From an uncultured Candidatus Rokubacteria bacterium (GTDB taxonomy: Bacteria > Methylomirabilota > Methylomirabilia > Rokubacteriales > DASRDR01), in contig CAVPSB010000022.1 of the NCBI GenBank assembly GCA_963708025.1, forward strand, positions 128,001-192,000: a DNA stretch of 64,000 bases, given 5' to 3'. The position numbers and the translations under genes were made by a program. Numbering within the stretch: position 1 is the first letter of the stretch; each line of letters opens with the position of its first letter. Shown one piece after another: positions 54,660 through 64,000 of the stretch. The notes below the pieces were generated by a model, which saw only the letters and a list, made by a program, of their open reading frames with translations, did no database searches and was not told the DNA's origin.

Positions 54660-56240
54660 ATGGAGAGCGACGATGGGGTTCGCGAGGGGCAGGCTCCGCG
54701 CGCCCGCGACCGGCCGGCCCCGATGAAGGGGCCTGACCCGCACGGGACGGACGGGCGCGGGAACCCCGAGTCGGGGACGCCCCGCGCGCCCTGGCATCCG
54801 GGCTGGCTGCTCTGGCTCGCGTTCTTCGAATACGCCGCCGTGACGGCGTGGGTGGTCCAGGGCATCGTCGTGCCGTTTCTGCTCCCAGCGGCCGACATCC
54901 GCGGGAACCTGCTCTTCGACCTGGACTCGTGGAGCTTCCACGTGATCGCCGCGCATCAGGCGAAGCAGATCAACGAGCTGGGATGGTCGGCCTGGACGCT
55001 GCAACCGCGGGGGCAGGTGCTGGCCGGGATCGTCAGCGTGATCTACGCCCTCACCCTTCCGGCGCCGTGGATCCTCATCCCGATCAACGCCGCCCTGCAC
55101 GCCACCGCGGCGCTCCTGCTGCTCCTGATCGTCGAGAGCTTCGTCCGGGACCGGCCCGTCGCCCTGGCCGCCACCCTGCCCTTCCTGCTCTATCCCTCGG
55201 CCATGAGCTGGTTCACGCAGCTGCACAAGGACGGGTGGTTCATCATGGGGGTCCTGCTCTTCATCTACGGCTGGCTGGGCCTCGTGCGGCAGGACACGTG
55301 GACACGCGGCCTCAGGCCTCCCCTCCGATCGTCCGCCTGGGTCGGGCTGGGATCCGCGTCGATCTGGGTGATGCGGGAGCACGGCGCCGTCCTGTCACAG
55401 GCGCTCGGGCTCCTCCTGGCCGCTGTCGTGACCCTCGTGTTCGTCACCCGAGGCATCACGGCCAGGCTGGCCTGGCGTCGTGCCGTGACCGCGTCGATCA
55501 CCGTCTGGCTGGTGGCCGGGGGAATCACCGTGTTGGCCGCTCAGAAGCTGCCCGAGACCGCCTCGATGGCACCACCGTCCGTCCCGAAGGGGCCAGGGGC
55601 GCTGCTGGCGCCGGGCCAGCCCGTCCAGCCGCCCCAGGAACCGCTCCTCCGCTGGCAGTCCTCGCCCTGGCTGCCGTCGGTCATCGACCGCCCGCTGCGT
55701 GATCTGGCCGCCGCCCGAGCCAGGTATCTCTTCCGATACCCGGAGGCCCGCACCAACATGGACGTGCACGTCGCGTTCGAGAGGGCGTCGGACGTCGTCG
55801 CCTATCTCCCCCGAGCCGCGGTCATCGCGCTGTTCGCGCCGTTTCCGGAGCAGTGGCTCGGCCAGGGTTCGACCGAGACCGGCACCGTGATGCGCCGGGT
55901 GACCGCCGTCGAGATGATCGGACTCTACCTGGCCCTGGCGCTTCTCCCGATCGCCATCTGGCGGTGGCGCCGCCGGATCGAGCTCCACCTGATCGTCGGG
56001 TACTGCCTGGTCATGATGCTCGTCTACGGGGCGGCCGTGCCCAATGTCGGCGCGCTCTACCGGTTTCGCTACGGGTTCATCATGACGCTGGCCGCGCTCG
56101 GCATCGCCGCGGGCGTGAGCGCGTGGCGGGGTGTCCAGCCGACCGATGAGAGCGGCCGGCCCGGCGCCGAGCGCCAGGCGGCGCGCCCCGGGGGGGACGT
56201 CCCGGACCGGCCAACGGCGGCCACCGAGTCGGGCGGGTGA
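54660..56240 (+). CDS. Multi-pass membrane protein (GT-C/polymerase-like; start uncertain)
   Basis: About 10 hydrophobic helices, FDLDSWSFH, LHKDGW, periplasmic loop, NVGALYRFR near the C-terminus. Confidence 0.65.
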   Translation: MESDDGVREGQAPRARDRPAPMKGPDPHGTDGRGNPESGTPRAPWHPGWLLWLAFFEYAAVTAWVVQGIVVPFLLPAADIRGNLLFDLDSWSFHVIAAHQAKQINELGWSAWTLQPRGQVLAGIVSVIYALTLPAPWILIPINAALHATAALLLLLIVESFVRDRPVALAATLPFLLYPSAMSWFTQLHKDGWFIMGVLLFIYGWLGLVRQDTWTRGLRPPLRSSAWVGLGSASIWVMREHGAVLSQALGLLLAAVVTLVFVTRGITARLAWRRAVTASITVWLVAGGITVLAAQKLPETASMAPPSVPKGPGALLAPGQPVQPPQEPLLRWQSSPWLPSVIDRPLRDLAAARARYLFRYPEARTNMDVHVAFERASDVVAYLPRAAVIALFAPFPEQWLGQGSTETGTVMRRVTAVEMIGLYLALALLPIAIWRWRRRIELHLIVGYCLVMMLVYGAAVPNVGALYRFRYGFIMTLAALGIAAGVSAWRGVQPTDESGRPGAERQAARPGGDVPDRPTAATESGG

Positions 56241-57364
56241 TCCCGGCCGGGAGGGACGCCGCCCTCCGGGACGCGGTCCACACGGTCCTCCGTCGGTGGC
56301 GACGCCTTCGCTACCGGCGGGCCCTGATCCGGGCCCGGGTCCCCGTCCCACGCGACGGAATCCGCGTCAGCTATGGCGACGTCCTGGGAGCCGCGGCGGG
56401 TGGGACGCTTCGAGGGGGGCGCGTGAAGCTCCTGCACTTGCAGGATGTGTTCCCCGAGAGCCCGGGCGCGTTCAACATCCTCTATCTCGTCAGCAGCGCG
56501 CAGCCCCCGTTCGTCAACGAGCTGGCGCGGTGGGCGCGTGACCAGGGGGTCAAGGTGGTCTGGAACCAGGACGGCGTGGCGTATCCGGCGTGGGCCGGGC
56601 GCGCGGCCGACCAGATCAACGCCACGATGCGCGCCGCCATGCGTCACGCCCACCACATCGTGTACCAGAGCGAGTTCTGTCGCGCGAGCGCGGAGCGCTT
56701 CGTCGGAACCTTCGCGGCCCCGTCCGAGATCCTGCCCAACTGCGTCGACACCGCCTGGTTCCGGCCGGGGGCGCCACCCGACGCGGCCGGGCCGTGGACG
56801 CTCCTGGCCGCCGGCTCGCACACCCACCGCGCGCGCGTGATCCGGGCGATCGAGGTCCTCGCCGAGCTGAGGCGGCGGGGCCGCCCGGCCCGCCTCCTGG
56901 TGGCCGGACTCCTGGAATGGCCGGACGCGGCCGCCGACCTGGCGCGCGCCGTGACCACCCTCGGCGTCGGCGATGCCGTCGAGGTCCTCCCTCCCTACAG
57001 CCAGCGGGAGGCGCCGGCGCTGTTCCAGCGCGCTCACGTCCTCCTCCACCTCAAGTACAAGGACCCCTGCCCCACGGTCGTGATCGAGGCGCTGGCGTGC
57101 GGGGTCCCGGTCGTGGGCTCGCGGAGCGGCGGGCTCCCCGAGCTGGTCGGGGACGAGTCCGGCGTCCTCCTCGACGTCCCGGAGTCCTGGGAGCATCTCC
57201 ACGTGCCGGACGCCGGCGCGGCCGCGGACGCCGTGGCGCGCATCATGCACGATCACGCTCGGTGGCGGGAAGCCGCCCGGCGCCGCGCGGAGGACCGGTT
57301 CGCCCGCGAGCCGTGGCTCGCCCGCCACCGAGCGATCTTCCGCCGGGTCCTGGAGCAGACCTGA
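56237..57364 (+). CDS. Glycosyltransferase family 4
   Basis: VYQSEF, LPNCVD, DPCPTVVIEALACGVPVV. Confidence 0.88.
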   Translation: MIPAGRDAALRDAVHTVLRRWRRLRYRRALIRARVPVPRDGIRVSYGDVLGAAAGGTLRGGRVKLLHLQDVFPESPGAFNILYLVSSAQPPFVNELARWARDQGVKVVWNQDGVAYPAWAGRAADQINATMRAAMRHAHHIVYQSEFCRASAERFVGTFAAPSEILPNCVDTAWFRPGAPPDAAGPWTLLAAGSHTHRARVIRAIEVLAELRRRGRPARLLVAGLLEWPDAAADLARAVTTLGVGDAVEVLPPYSQREAPALFQRAHVLLHLKYKDPCPTVVIEALACGVPVVGSRSGGLPELVGDESGVLLDVPESWEHLHVPDAGAAADAVARIMHDHARWREAARRRAEDRFAREPWLARHRAIFRRVLEQT

Positions 57365-57392
57365 GAGCGGGGTGAAGCAAGGAGTCCTCCGA

Positions 57393-57440
57393 CTCCCCCT
57401 CCCCCCGGTGGGTGGGGGAGGGGGGTGGGGGGTGGGAGGG
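57393..57440. repeat. C/G-rich hairpin repeat (family C)
   Basis: A C-tract and G-tract forming a hairpin, followed by a gggtggggggtgggaggg tail. Confidence 0.55.
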
Positions 57441-57459
57441 AGGTCCCGAACTGTCCCGG

Positions 57460-58560
57460 ATGGTTGAGGTCCCGGTCACGATCCTGATGCCCGTGTACAA
57501 CGTCGAGCGCTACGTGCGCGCGGCGCTGGACAGCGTGTTTCGTCAGACCTGGCAGGAGTTCGAGCTGCTCGTCGTGAACGACGGCTCGACGGACGGCACC
57601 CGCGCCATCCTGGCCGAGCTCCGCGATCCGCGCGTCCGCGTCGTCAACCTGGCGCACGGCGGGCTCGCCGCCGCACTCCGGGCCGGCGTGGACCTGGCGC
57701 GCGGACGGTACCTCGCGCGGATGGATGCGGACGACGAGGCCCTCCCCCATCGCCTGGCCGCCCAGAAGGCCTGCCTCGATCGCTCCCCGCGCGTGGTCCT
57801 CGTCCACAGCCTGGCGCAACCCATCGACGCCGAGGGGCGGCCCCTCCCGGGGGTGCTCGGCGAGCCGCGGCCGTCGATGGTGACGAAGTGGCTCCTGCTC
57901 TGGCGGAACCCGATCCTGCATCCCACCGTCATGCTGCGGACGAGCACCCTGCGGGCGCACGCGCTGAACTACCGCCTCGAGCTGTTCCGGGCCGACGAGT
58001 TCGACCTCTGGAACCGGCTCGCACCCCACGGCGACTTCGAGATGATCCCGGAGATCCTGCACCGCTACCGGCTCCATCCCGAGAGCATGACGCACACGAA
58101 CCCGGTGGACCTCCACCTGGCCGCCTTCACGCGGGTGATCCGCGAGAGCTTCGCGCGCCTCGGGGTGCCCTTGGAGCCGGCCGCGGCCGAGGAGCTCGCG
58201 GTCATCTCGGGCGGAACCTGGACCGATCCGATCACCCACCGGTACCGACACCTGGAAGGGTCGCTCCACGGTCTGCTGGAGAACCTGTCGCGACGCTTCT
58301 GTGCGACCTTCGGCGTGGCCCCCGACGAGCTGGCGGCCGTCCAGGCGGAGCAGCTCCTCCGGTGGGCGCGCTACATGCTGGCCACCTCGCGTGGCTACGC
58401 GGCGCAGCTCCTGCGGCAGAGCCTCCGGCGACGTCGGGCCGCCATCCGGACGCCGTATTTCTGGGCGGTCGCCACGAGCCTCGCCCTACCCGCGCCGTTG
58501 CGCCGCCGGCTCGCCCGCCGAAGCGCGCGGCGCCCTCCCATGTCGGCGCGCGTGAGCTGA
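57460..58560 (+). CDS. Glycosyltransferase family 2
   Basis: ILMPVYN, VNDGSTDGT, ARMDADD, HPTVMLR. Confidence 0.92.
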   Translation: MVEVPVTILMPVYNVERYVRAALDSVFRQTWQEFELLVVNDGSTDGTRAILAELRDPRVRVVNLAHGGLAAALRAGVDLARGRYLARMDADDEALPHRLAAQKACLDRSPRVVLVHSLAQPIDAEGRPLPGVLGEPRPSMVTKWLLLWRNPILHPTVMLRTSTLRAHALNYRLELFRADEFDLWNRLAPHGDFEMIPEILHRYRLHPESMTHTNPVDLHLAAFTRVIRESFARLGVPLEPAAAEELAVISGGTWTDPITHRYRHLEGSLHGLLENLSRRFCATFGVAPDELAAVQAEQLLRWARYMLATSRGYAAQLLRQSLRRRRAAIRTPYFWAVATSLALPAPLRRRLARRSARRPPMSARVS

Positions 58561-58569
58561 GAGGAACGT

Positions 58570-58865
58570 GAGGGGGGCTGCGCCCCCCTCCCGGACCTCC
58601 CCCCGGAGCGGAGGCGCGGGCGAAGCCCGCGCCAAGAGTGGAACGCCACGGCCGCGTGGGCACCGTCAGAAGGTCGCGAGAAGCCGACGGGCGAGGAAGG
58701 CGACGACGAACCTGCCTCGGACCCGCTTTCGCATGCCGCAAACCTCGGAGACCGGCCGCGCGGTCGCGGCGTTCCGCTTCGAGCCGCGGCCCAAAGGCCG
58801 TAGGCCGTCCAACAGCCACGGCCTCCGCGGGGGGAATCCGGGGGGGTCTTCCGAGACCCCCCCGA
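58570..58865. repeat. BIME-like composite: two inverted family-B copies (58570-58656, 58759-58865)
   Basis: The left copy reverse-complements to cggccgtggcgttccact...gcgggcttcgcccgcg. The right copy is cggtcgcggcgttccgcttcgagccgcggc...ggggggtcttccgagacccccc. Lies between convergent genes. Confidence 0.75.
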
Positions 58866-58870
58866 GGGTC

Positions 58871-59875
58871 TCACCGCTCGCACAGGAGTCGCTGGATCAC
58901 GGTCAGGTACTCGAAGCACATCCGGTCGCCGGAGGGCGTCACCTCCAGCACCTGGCGCCGCAGGCGCTCGTAGTCCGCACGCATCGCCTGGATCGCCGCC
59001 CGCACGTCGTCGCGGAAGCCGATCCCGTAGCGGCGCCCGGCTTCGACGATCCCGCCGCCGTCCTCGTGGTAGACCAGCGGGAGCCCGCACTGGGCCCCTT
59101 CCACGTGGTGCATCCCGCCCGGCTCCCAGCGGCTGGCGGTCAGGTAGGCGTGGCAGCGCCGGAGCTTGCCGGCCAGGTCCACGCCTTGCGTGGCCGGCCA
59201 GGTGGTGGCGCCCCGCCACCGGAGGCCCGCGGGCCAGCGGCCGACGACCCACAGCCCCGTGTCCTTCAGCTCGCCGTCGGCGATCAGCCGGTCGACCTCC
59301 TGGTAGACGTCGAACCCCTTCAACGGATTGTCCGACCAGTGGTGGGTGACGAGCTGGAACGGCCCCTCGCCGGCGTAGCGGGCGCCGCCCACCGGGTGGA
59401 ACACCCGCGGGTCCGCCCCGTTGTAGATCGCGCGGTGGGGTCGCGCGACGTCGAACCAGCGGGCGGCGTGGTAGTCGCGGAGCCACTCGGAGATGAAGAC
59501 GGTGTAGTCGGCGACCGCGTTGGCCTCCCGCAGCAGGCCGTCCATGAAGTCGGTGCCCTTGCGCTGGTCGCACTCGTTGACCCGGTGGAGGACGCGGGCC
59601 TGGCGGTGCGCCGCCTTGTAGGCGGCAATCTCCCGCGGGCCCCAGGGCCTGACGGTGTCGATGCGGGGGTCGACCAGGATGATCAGGTCCACGTCCCCGG
59701 CGAGGTCGAAGCCGACCGCGTAGCCCAGGCGGGTGAGGTACGTCGCGAGCTGCACCACGAAGGCCCGGCTGCCGCCCCAGGGGCCCCGCACCGGGCGCAG
59801 GTTGAAAGCCACCCGGGCGAGGGGCCGGCGGCCCAGCAGCCGCCGCCCGGCGGCAGCCAGCTCGAACCGCGTCAC
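58871..59875 (-). CDS. Glycosyltransferase family 4-like
   Basis: IYNGAD, HHWSDNPLKG, ASRWEPGGMHHVEGAQCGLP. Confidence 0.8.
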   Translation of the reverse strand: MTRFELAAAGRRLLGRRPLARVAFNLRPVRGPWGGSRAFVVQLATYLTRLGYAVGFDLAGDVDLIILVDPRIDTVRPWGPREIAAYKAAHRQARVLHRVNECDQRKGTDFMDGLLREANAVADYTVFISEWLRDYHAARWFDVARPHRAIYNGADPRVFHPVGGARYAGEGPFQLVTHHWSDNPLKGFDVYQEVDRLIADGELKDTGLWVVGRWPAGLRWRGATTWPATQGVDLAGKLRRCHAYLTASRWEPGGMHHVEGAQCGLPLVYHEDGGGIVEAGRRYGIGFRDDVRAAIQAMRADYERLRRQVLEVTPSGDRMCFEYLTVIQRLLCER

Positions 59876-59903
59876 GGGCGGCGTCCCCGCTCGGCTCCCC
59901 CGA

Positions 59904-60880
59904 TCAGGATCGGGCCGCGACCGCGGCCGAGCGGCGCCGCTCGGCCTCGCCGGCCACGTGCCCGAGGAACCAGGCGTACGTGCTCTCGACCCCCTCCCGG
60001 AGGGAGATGCGGGGCTTCCAGCCGATCCCCCGGAGCCGGCTGATGTCGAGGAGCTTCCGCGGCGTCCCATCGGGCTTCGAGGCGTCGTACACGATCTCCC
60101 CGGAGAAGCCCACGACCTCCCGCACCAGCTCCGCCAGCGCGCGGATCGTCAGGTCCTCGCCCGTCCCCACGTTGATGTGCTCGTCCCGGTCGTAGTGCTG
60201 CATCAGGAAGAGACACGCGTCGGCCAGGTCGTCGACGTGCAGGAACTCCCGCCGGGGGCTTCCCGTGCCCCAGACCACGACCTTCCGGGCGCCCGGCGAC
60301 CCGGGCCTCGTGGAACTTGCGGATGAGCGCCGGCGAGCACGTGGGAGGTCTCCAGGTCGAAGTTGTCGTGGGGCCCGTAGAGGTTGGTCGGCATCGCCGA
60401 GATGAAGTTGCAGCCGTACTGGCGACGGTAGGCCTGGCAGAGCTTGATGCCGGCGATCTTCGCCATCGCGTAGGGCTCGTTGGTCGGCTCGAGCGGGCCG
60501 GTGAGCAGCGCCTCCTCCCGCATGGGCTGCGCGCACTCCCGCGGGTAGATGCACGAGCTGCCCAGGTAGAGCAGCTTCCGGACGCCGTAGAGGTGAGCCG
60601 CGTGGACCACGGTGGCGTGGATCATCATGTTGTCGTAGATGAACTCGGCCGGGCGGGTGGCGTTGGCCAGGATCCCGCCCACGGTGCCCGCCACCAGGAA
60701 GACGTACTCGGGCCGGTTGGCGCGGAACCAGTAGTTGACCGCGGCCTGGTCGCGCAGGTCGAGCTGCTCCCGGGTCGCCGTGAGGACGTTCCCGTAGCCC
60801 TCGGCGATGAGCCGCCGCAGGAGCGCGGAGCCCACGAGCCCGCGGTGCCCCGCCACGTAGAGCTTGCTGGTCTTGTCCAT
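59904..60880 (-). CDS. fcl: GDP-L-fucose synthase (apparent frameshifts at ~60300-60335)
   Basis: [71 protein letters not shown]. Confidence 0.93.
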
Positions 60881-61007
60881 GGTCGCCTCCAAGCCTTACG
60901 TCACGGACGAACGTTCACTCTGTGAGCATCCTAGCCAGGGCATCTACCCGGGTCAACTCCTCCCGCCAGCCTCCTCACGGGACCGCGCCGGCCGTCCCCA
61001 CCTCCGC

Positions 61008-62225
61008 TCACAACAGGTCCCGGTACCTCTCGACCGTGCGCTCGAACGTCTCGTCCCAGTTGAAGCGCCTCGCCCGGGCCCGGCCTCGCTGGATCGAGCC
61101 TTCGCGGTCGATCTTGCCGCCGACGATGCCGTCCAGCACTCCCACCAGCGAGTCCTCGTCGGCCGGGTCGAAGTAGGTCGCCGCATCGCCGGCGACCTCC
61201 GGCAGCGATCCCCGGTCACTGCACACGACCGGACAGCCCGAGTTCATCGCTTCGAGCACGGGCAACCCGAAACCCTCGAAGAGCGACGGGAAGATCAGGA
61301 ACTCCGCGTGGTCCAGCAGCGCCTGCATCCTCTCGTCACTCTGGAATCCGAGGAGCTCCACGAGGGTGTCGACCCGGTGCTCCGCGCACAGTCGCCGGAG
61401 ATCGTCCGCGTCGCCCGGATGCACGTAGCCGCCCGTGAGGACCAGCTTGATCCCTTCTCGGGCGAGCTCAGCGCGTCGGATCGCGATCGCGCGAATCAAG
61501 AGCTCGTGATTCTTGTGCTTCCAGGTCTTCGCCGGGTACAGGAGGTAGCGGCCCCGCCCCTTGGCCCACGCCCGGGCCTCCGGGCCGACCGGGACCAGGC
61601 CCCGATCATCGACCCCCGGATACGTCACGGTGATCCGGTTCTCCGGCACCCCCAGCCGCTCGACCATCGTCCCCTTGGTGAACTCGGAGATCGCGAAGAA
61701 CCAGCCCGCGTGCTGCCGGTAGAACGCGTAGTACAGCCGGCGGCGCATCAGCTGATCGTCGTCGAAGTATTGCGGGTAGAACACGTCCTGGATGTCCAGG
61801 AAGGTGACGCACAGCTTGAAGTCCGGGACCAGGCTCCATCGACCCGCCTCCGGGCAGGATCGGTGATTGCCCAGCTCGTGCAGCAGCGCGGGGGCCGGAA
61901 GGGCCGACGCCGCTTCCTCGGCCGCCGGGCGGGAAATCAGCCCGGCCAGCTGGCCGGCCCGACGAAGCCGTTCATAGGCCGCCGGCGGCAGGTACCGCTG
62001 CGCCGCCCTCTTGACCCGTCCCCGCGCGTCCACCGGTGCCGGTCCGGACCCGCGGGACGGGAATCGGATGAGCCGGACGCTGACCCCGAGCAGCAGCGGG
62101 CTCGCCTGGCCGGCGGCGAACCGTCGGTACAGCTCCATCCCGTACCTCCCGCCGCCACCGCTTCGCGACAGCGACCGGTCCTGCCCGTTGACGACGATGA
62201 CCCGCTCCGTCTTGCGCTCAGGCAT
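61008..62225 (-). CDS. Glycosyltransferase family 4 (mannosyl/rhamnosyltransferase-like)
   Basis: AISEFTK, YPAKTWKHKNH, FPSLFEGFGLPVLEAM, SLPEVAGDAA. Confidence 0.9.
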   Translation of the reverse strand: MPERKTERVIVVNGQDRSLSRSGGGGRYGMELYRRFAAGQASPLLLGVSVRLIRFPSRGSGPAPVDARGRVKRAAQRYLPPAAYERLRRAGQLAGLISRPAAEEAASALPAPALLHELGNHRSCPEAGRWSLVPDFKLCVTFLDIQDVFYPQYFDDDQLMRRRLYYAFYRQHAGWFFAISEFTKGTMVERLGVPENRITVTYPGVDDRGLVPVGPEARAWAKGRGRYLLYPAKTWKHKNHELLIRAIAIRRAELAREGIKLVLTGGYVHPGDADDLRRLCAEHRVDTLVELLGFQSDERMQALLDHAEFLIFPSLFEGFGLPVLEAMNSGCPVVCSDRGSLPEVAGDAATYFDPADEDSLVGVLDGIVGGKIDREGSIQRGRARARRFNWDETFERTVERYRDLL

Positions 62226-63132
62226 GGTCGCGCGGCGCTCGATCGGGATCTGGCCATCCGCGGACCCAGTAGCCCTTCGGTCCCAGGACGAGGTTCATGA
62301 GCCAGTCGGTTCGCGACCGCACGCGGACGCCTCGGTTCTTGAGCGTCTCCCGGATCCAGAGCGAGATCCAGTTCCGGTCGAAGGGGCCATGGTAGGCCCG
62401 ACCGATCCGCGCGATCTCTCGCATGATTTCCCAGCCGCCCGTCGAGGTGAGCGTACCCTGGTACATCCGCATGCTGGCGATCTTGTCGGGGATGGCGTAC
62501 ACGGGATGCGACTGGACCTTCAGCATGAGCTCCCAGTCCATGACCCACCGCGTTGACGGTGTCACGCCCCCGACCGCCAGGAACAGGTCGCGCCGGATGA
62601 ACATCGTCGGCTGCAGGATGAAGAACACGTGCCGCAGTCGCCGGCGATCGAAGGGACGAGTCGGGATGAACCGGATCAGCTTCCCCTCCCGGTCCACCTG
62701 CGCCCCGGAGCCGTAGACCACGCCCGCATCCGGGTTGCGGGCGAAGGCACCACCGATCGCCGCCAGCGCCCCGGGGGCATAGTAGTCGTCGGCGTTCAGC
62801 CAGGCGACGACCTCACCCGTCGCCAGGCCGACGCCCTTGTTGATCGCCTCGCACTGGCTGTCGTCGGGCTCCGAGACCCAGCGGAGGTACGGGAGGTCGG
62901 CGTAGCGCCGCACGACCTCCGGCGTGTCGTCGCGCGATCCACCATCGACGATGATGTGCTCGAGCGCCCCGTAGTTCTGGTCCCGGACGGATTCGATCGT
63001 CTCGGCGATGAACTCGCCTTTGTTGAGCGAAGGGGTGACGACGCTGATGGACGGGAGGCCGGGCAACACCCGGTCGGCGTCCCGACCGCTGCCCTCGACC
63101 ACCGCCCGTGCCGAACGGCCCACAGGGGTCAC
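62218..63132 (-). CDS. Glycosyltransferase family 2
   Basis: ISVVTPSLN, VDGGSRDDT, AINKG, WLNADD. Confidence 0.92.
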   Translation of the reverse strand: MTPVGRSARAVVEGSGRDADRVLPGLPSISVVTPSLNKGEFIAETIESVRDQNYGALEHIIVDGGSRDDTPEVVRRYADLPYLRWVSEPDDSQCEAINKGVGLATGEVVAWLNADDYYAPGALAAIGGAFARNPDAGVVYGSGAQVDREGKLIRFIPTRPFDRRRLRHVFFILQPTMFIRRDLFLAVGGVTPSTRWVMDWELMLKVQSHPVYAIPDKIASMRMYQGTLTSTGGWEIMREIARIGRAYHGPFDRNWISLWIRETLKNRGVRVRSRTDWLMNLVLGPKGYWVRGWPDPDRAPRDHA

Positions 63133-63180
63133 TGTACCGCCGGGCCCGTCGCTCCACCGAGCATTCAGACGCGACGACCC

Positions 63181-64000
63181 TCAGGCGCTCCCGGTCGGCC
63201 CGAGCGCTCGCCACACGGCGCGGGCGCGCATCACCCCCATCTCGGCGTAGCTCGACCGGGCCCCCAGCGTGTTGAGCACCGCGGTTCGGGATTCGCTGGC
63301 GTCCCGGGGGTCGGGCACGACGTCCAGCGTGAACGCCGGGCTCACCACGTCCTGGGGCAGGTGCGAGAGGAGCAGGATGTCGCCCAGGTACGACCCGGGG
63401 AGCAAGGCGCCGAGCTCCAGCTCCACGGCCGCGCGGTAGTCACCCGGCTCCCGGCGGCCCTCGACCTTGCCCGGGAACCCGGTGATCAGGACCTGGCCTT
63501 CCCGGCTCCGCACCCTCACCACCACCTCGATGGCGCTCACCGGCGTCGCCACCCAGAGGTCGAGCTCCAGGCGGATCGTCGCGCCCTCCGGGTGGACGTG
63601 GGTCAGCCGCCCCAGGGGGTCCCTCACCGCGACCGATTTCAGCCGCATCTCGCCGCGGAACCCCTCGAGCCGCACCCGCTTCGTCTCGACGTAGGCCTCG
63701 TCGTAGAATGCCCGGCTCTCCAGCTCCACCCCGGCCGTCGCGAGATACCGGTCGACCACGTCCGCCGAGTCACCCTGCTCGCGGATGCGGCCCCGGTCCA
63801 GCCAGATCGCGGTCCGGGTGAGCGCCTTGACGGCCGCCATGCCGTGACTGACGAGCACGATGGTGCGCCCGCCCCGGCTCACCTCCCCCATCTTCCCCAG
63901 GCAGCGCTTCTGGAACGACGCGTCGCCCACCGAGAGGACCTCGTCGACGAGGAGGACCTCGGGCTCGAGATGGGCCGCCACCGCGAAGGCCAGCCGCACG
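63181..64000 (-). CDS. wzt: Polysaccharide ABC exporter ATPase Wzt with C-terminal carbohydrate-binding domain (5' end outside window)
   Basis: RLAFAVAAHLEPEVLLVDEVLSVGDASFQKRC, TIVLVSH, beta-rich C-terminal extension. Confidence 0.9.
   Translation of the reverse strand, partial: VRLAFAVAAHLEPEVLLVDEVLSVGDASFQKRCLGKMGEVSRGGRTIVLVSHGMAAVKALTRTAIWLDRGRIREQGDSADVVDRYLATAGVELESRAFYDEAYVETKRVRLEGFRGEMRLKSVAVRDPLGRLTHVHPEGATIRLELDLWVATPVSAIEVVVRVRSREGQVLITGFPGKVEGRREPGDYRAAVELELGALLPGSYLGDILLLSHLPQDVVSPAFTLDVVPDPRDASESRTAVLNTLGARSSYAEMGVMRARAVWRALGPTGSA

Overview
Very GC-rich bacterial genomic window, mostly read on the minus strand. The style is consistent with Methylomirabilota/Rokubacteria, but that is inference only. 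About 20 scattered single-base frameshifts, some in normally essential genes (lolA, coaE), look like long-read consensus errors. 1-6.7 kb: a giant soluble histidine kinase with 12 tandem GAF domains. 6.7-28.6 kb: housekeeping backbone (hydrolase, yajQ, lolA, ftsK, rnj, rsmA, coaE, PhzF family, polA, glnE, glnB, glgA, Na/Pi symporter, gltX) with small insertions (DUF433/DUF5615 toxin-antitoxin pair, Uma2 nuclease, CTAG-bounded MITE). 28.6-64 kb: a large surface-glycan region (UbiA-family phosphoribosyltransferase, DUF362, epimerases, sugar dehydrogenase, WecA-like fusion, NeuB/PtmA-like SDR/NeuA, fused transketolase-like enzyme, AsnB, about 11 glycosyltransferases, methyltransferase, HAD hydrolase, Fcl, Wzt). 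Main non-obvious signals: (i) a ~110-120 bp GC-rich palindromic repeat lying inside coding sequence of glnE, in the PolA N-terminus and over the ftsK start codon; (ii) a decayed copy of the gltX 5' end 8.9 kb upstream of gltX, bracketing a glycan gene block; (iii) an integron-like attC cassette array with no integrase in the window, between two convergent glycan operons; (iv) a second REP/BIME-like repeat family at gene 3' ends.
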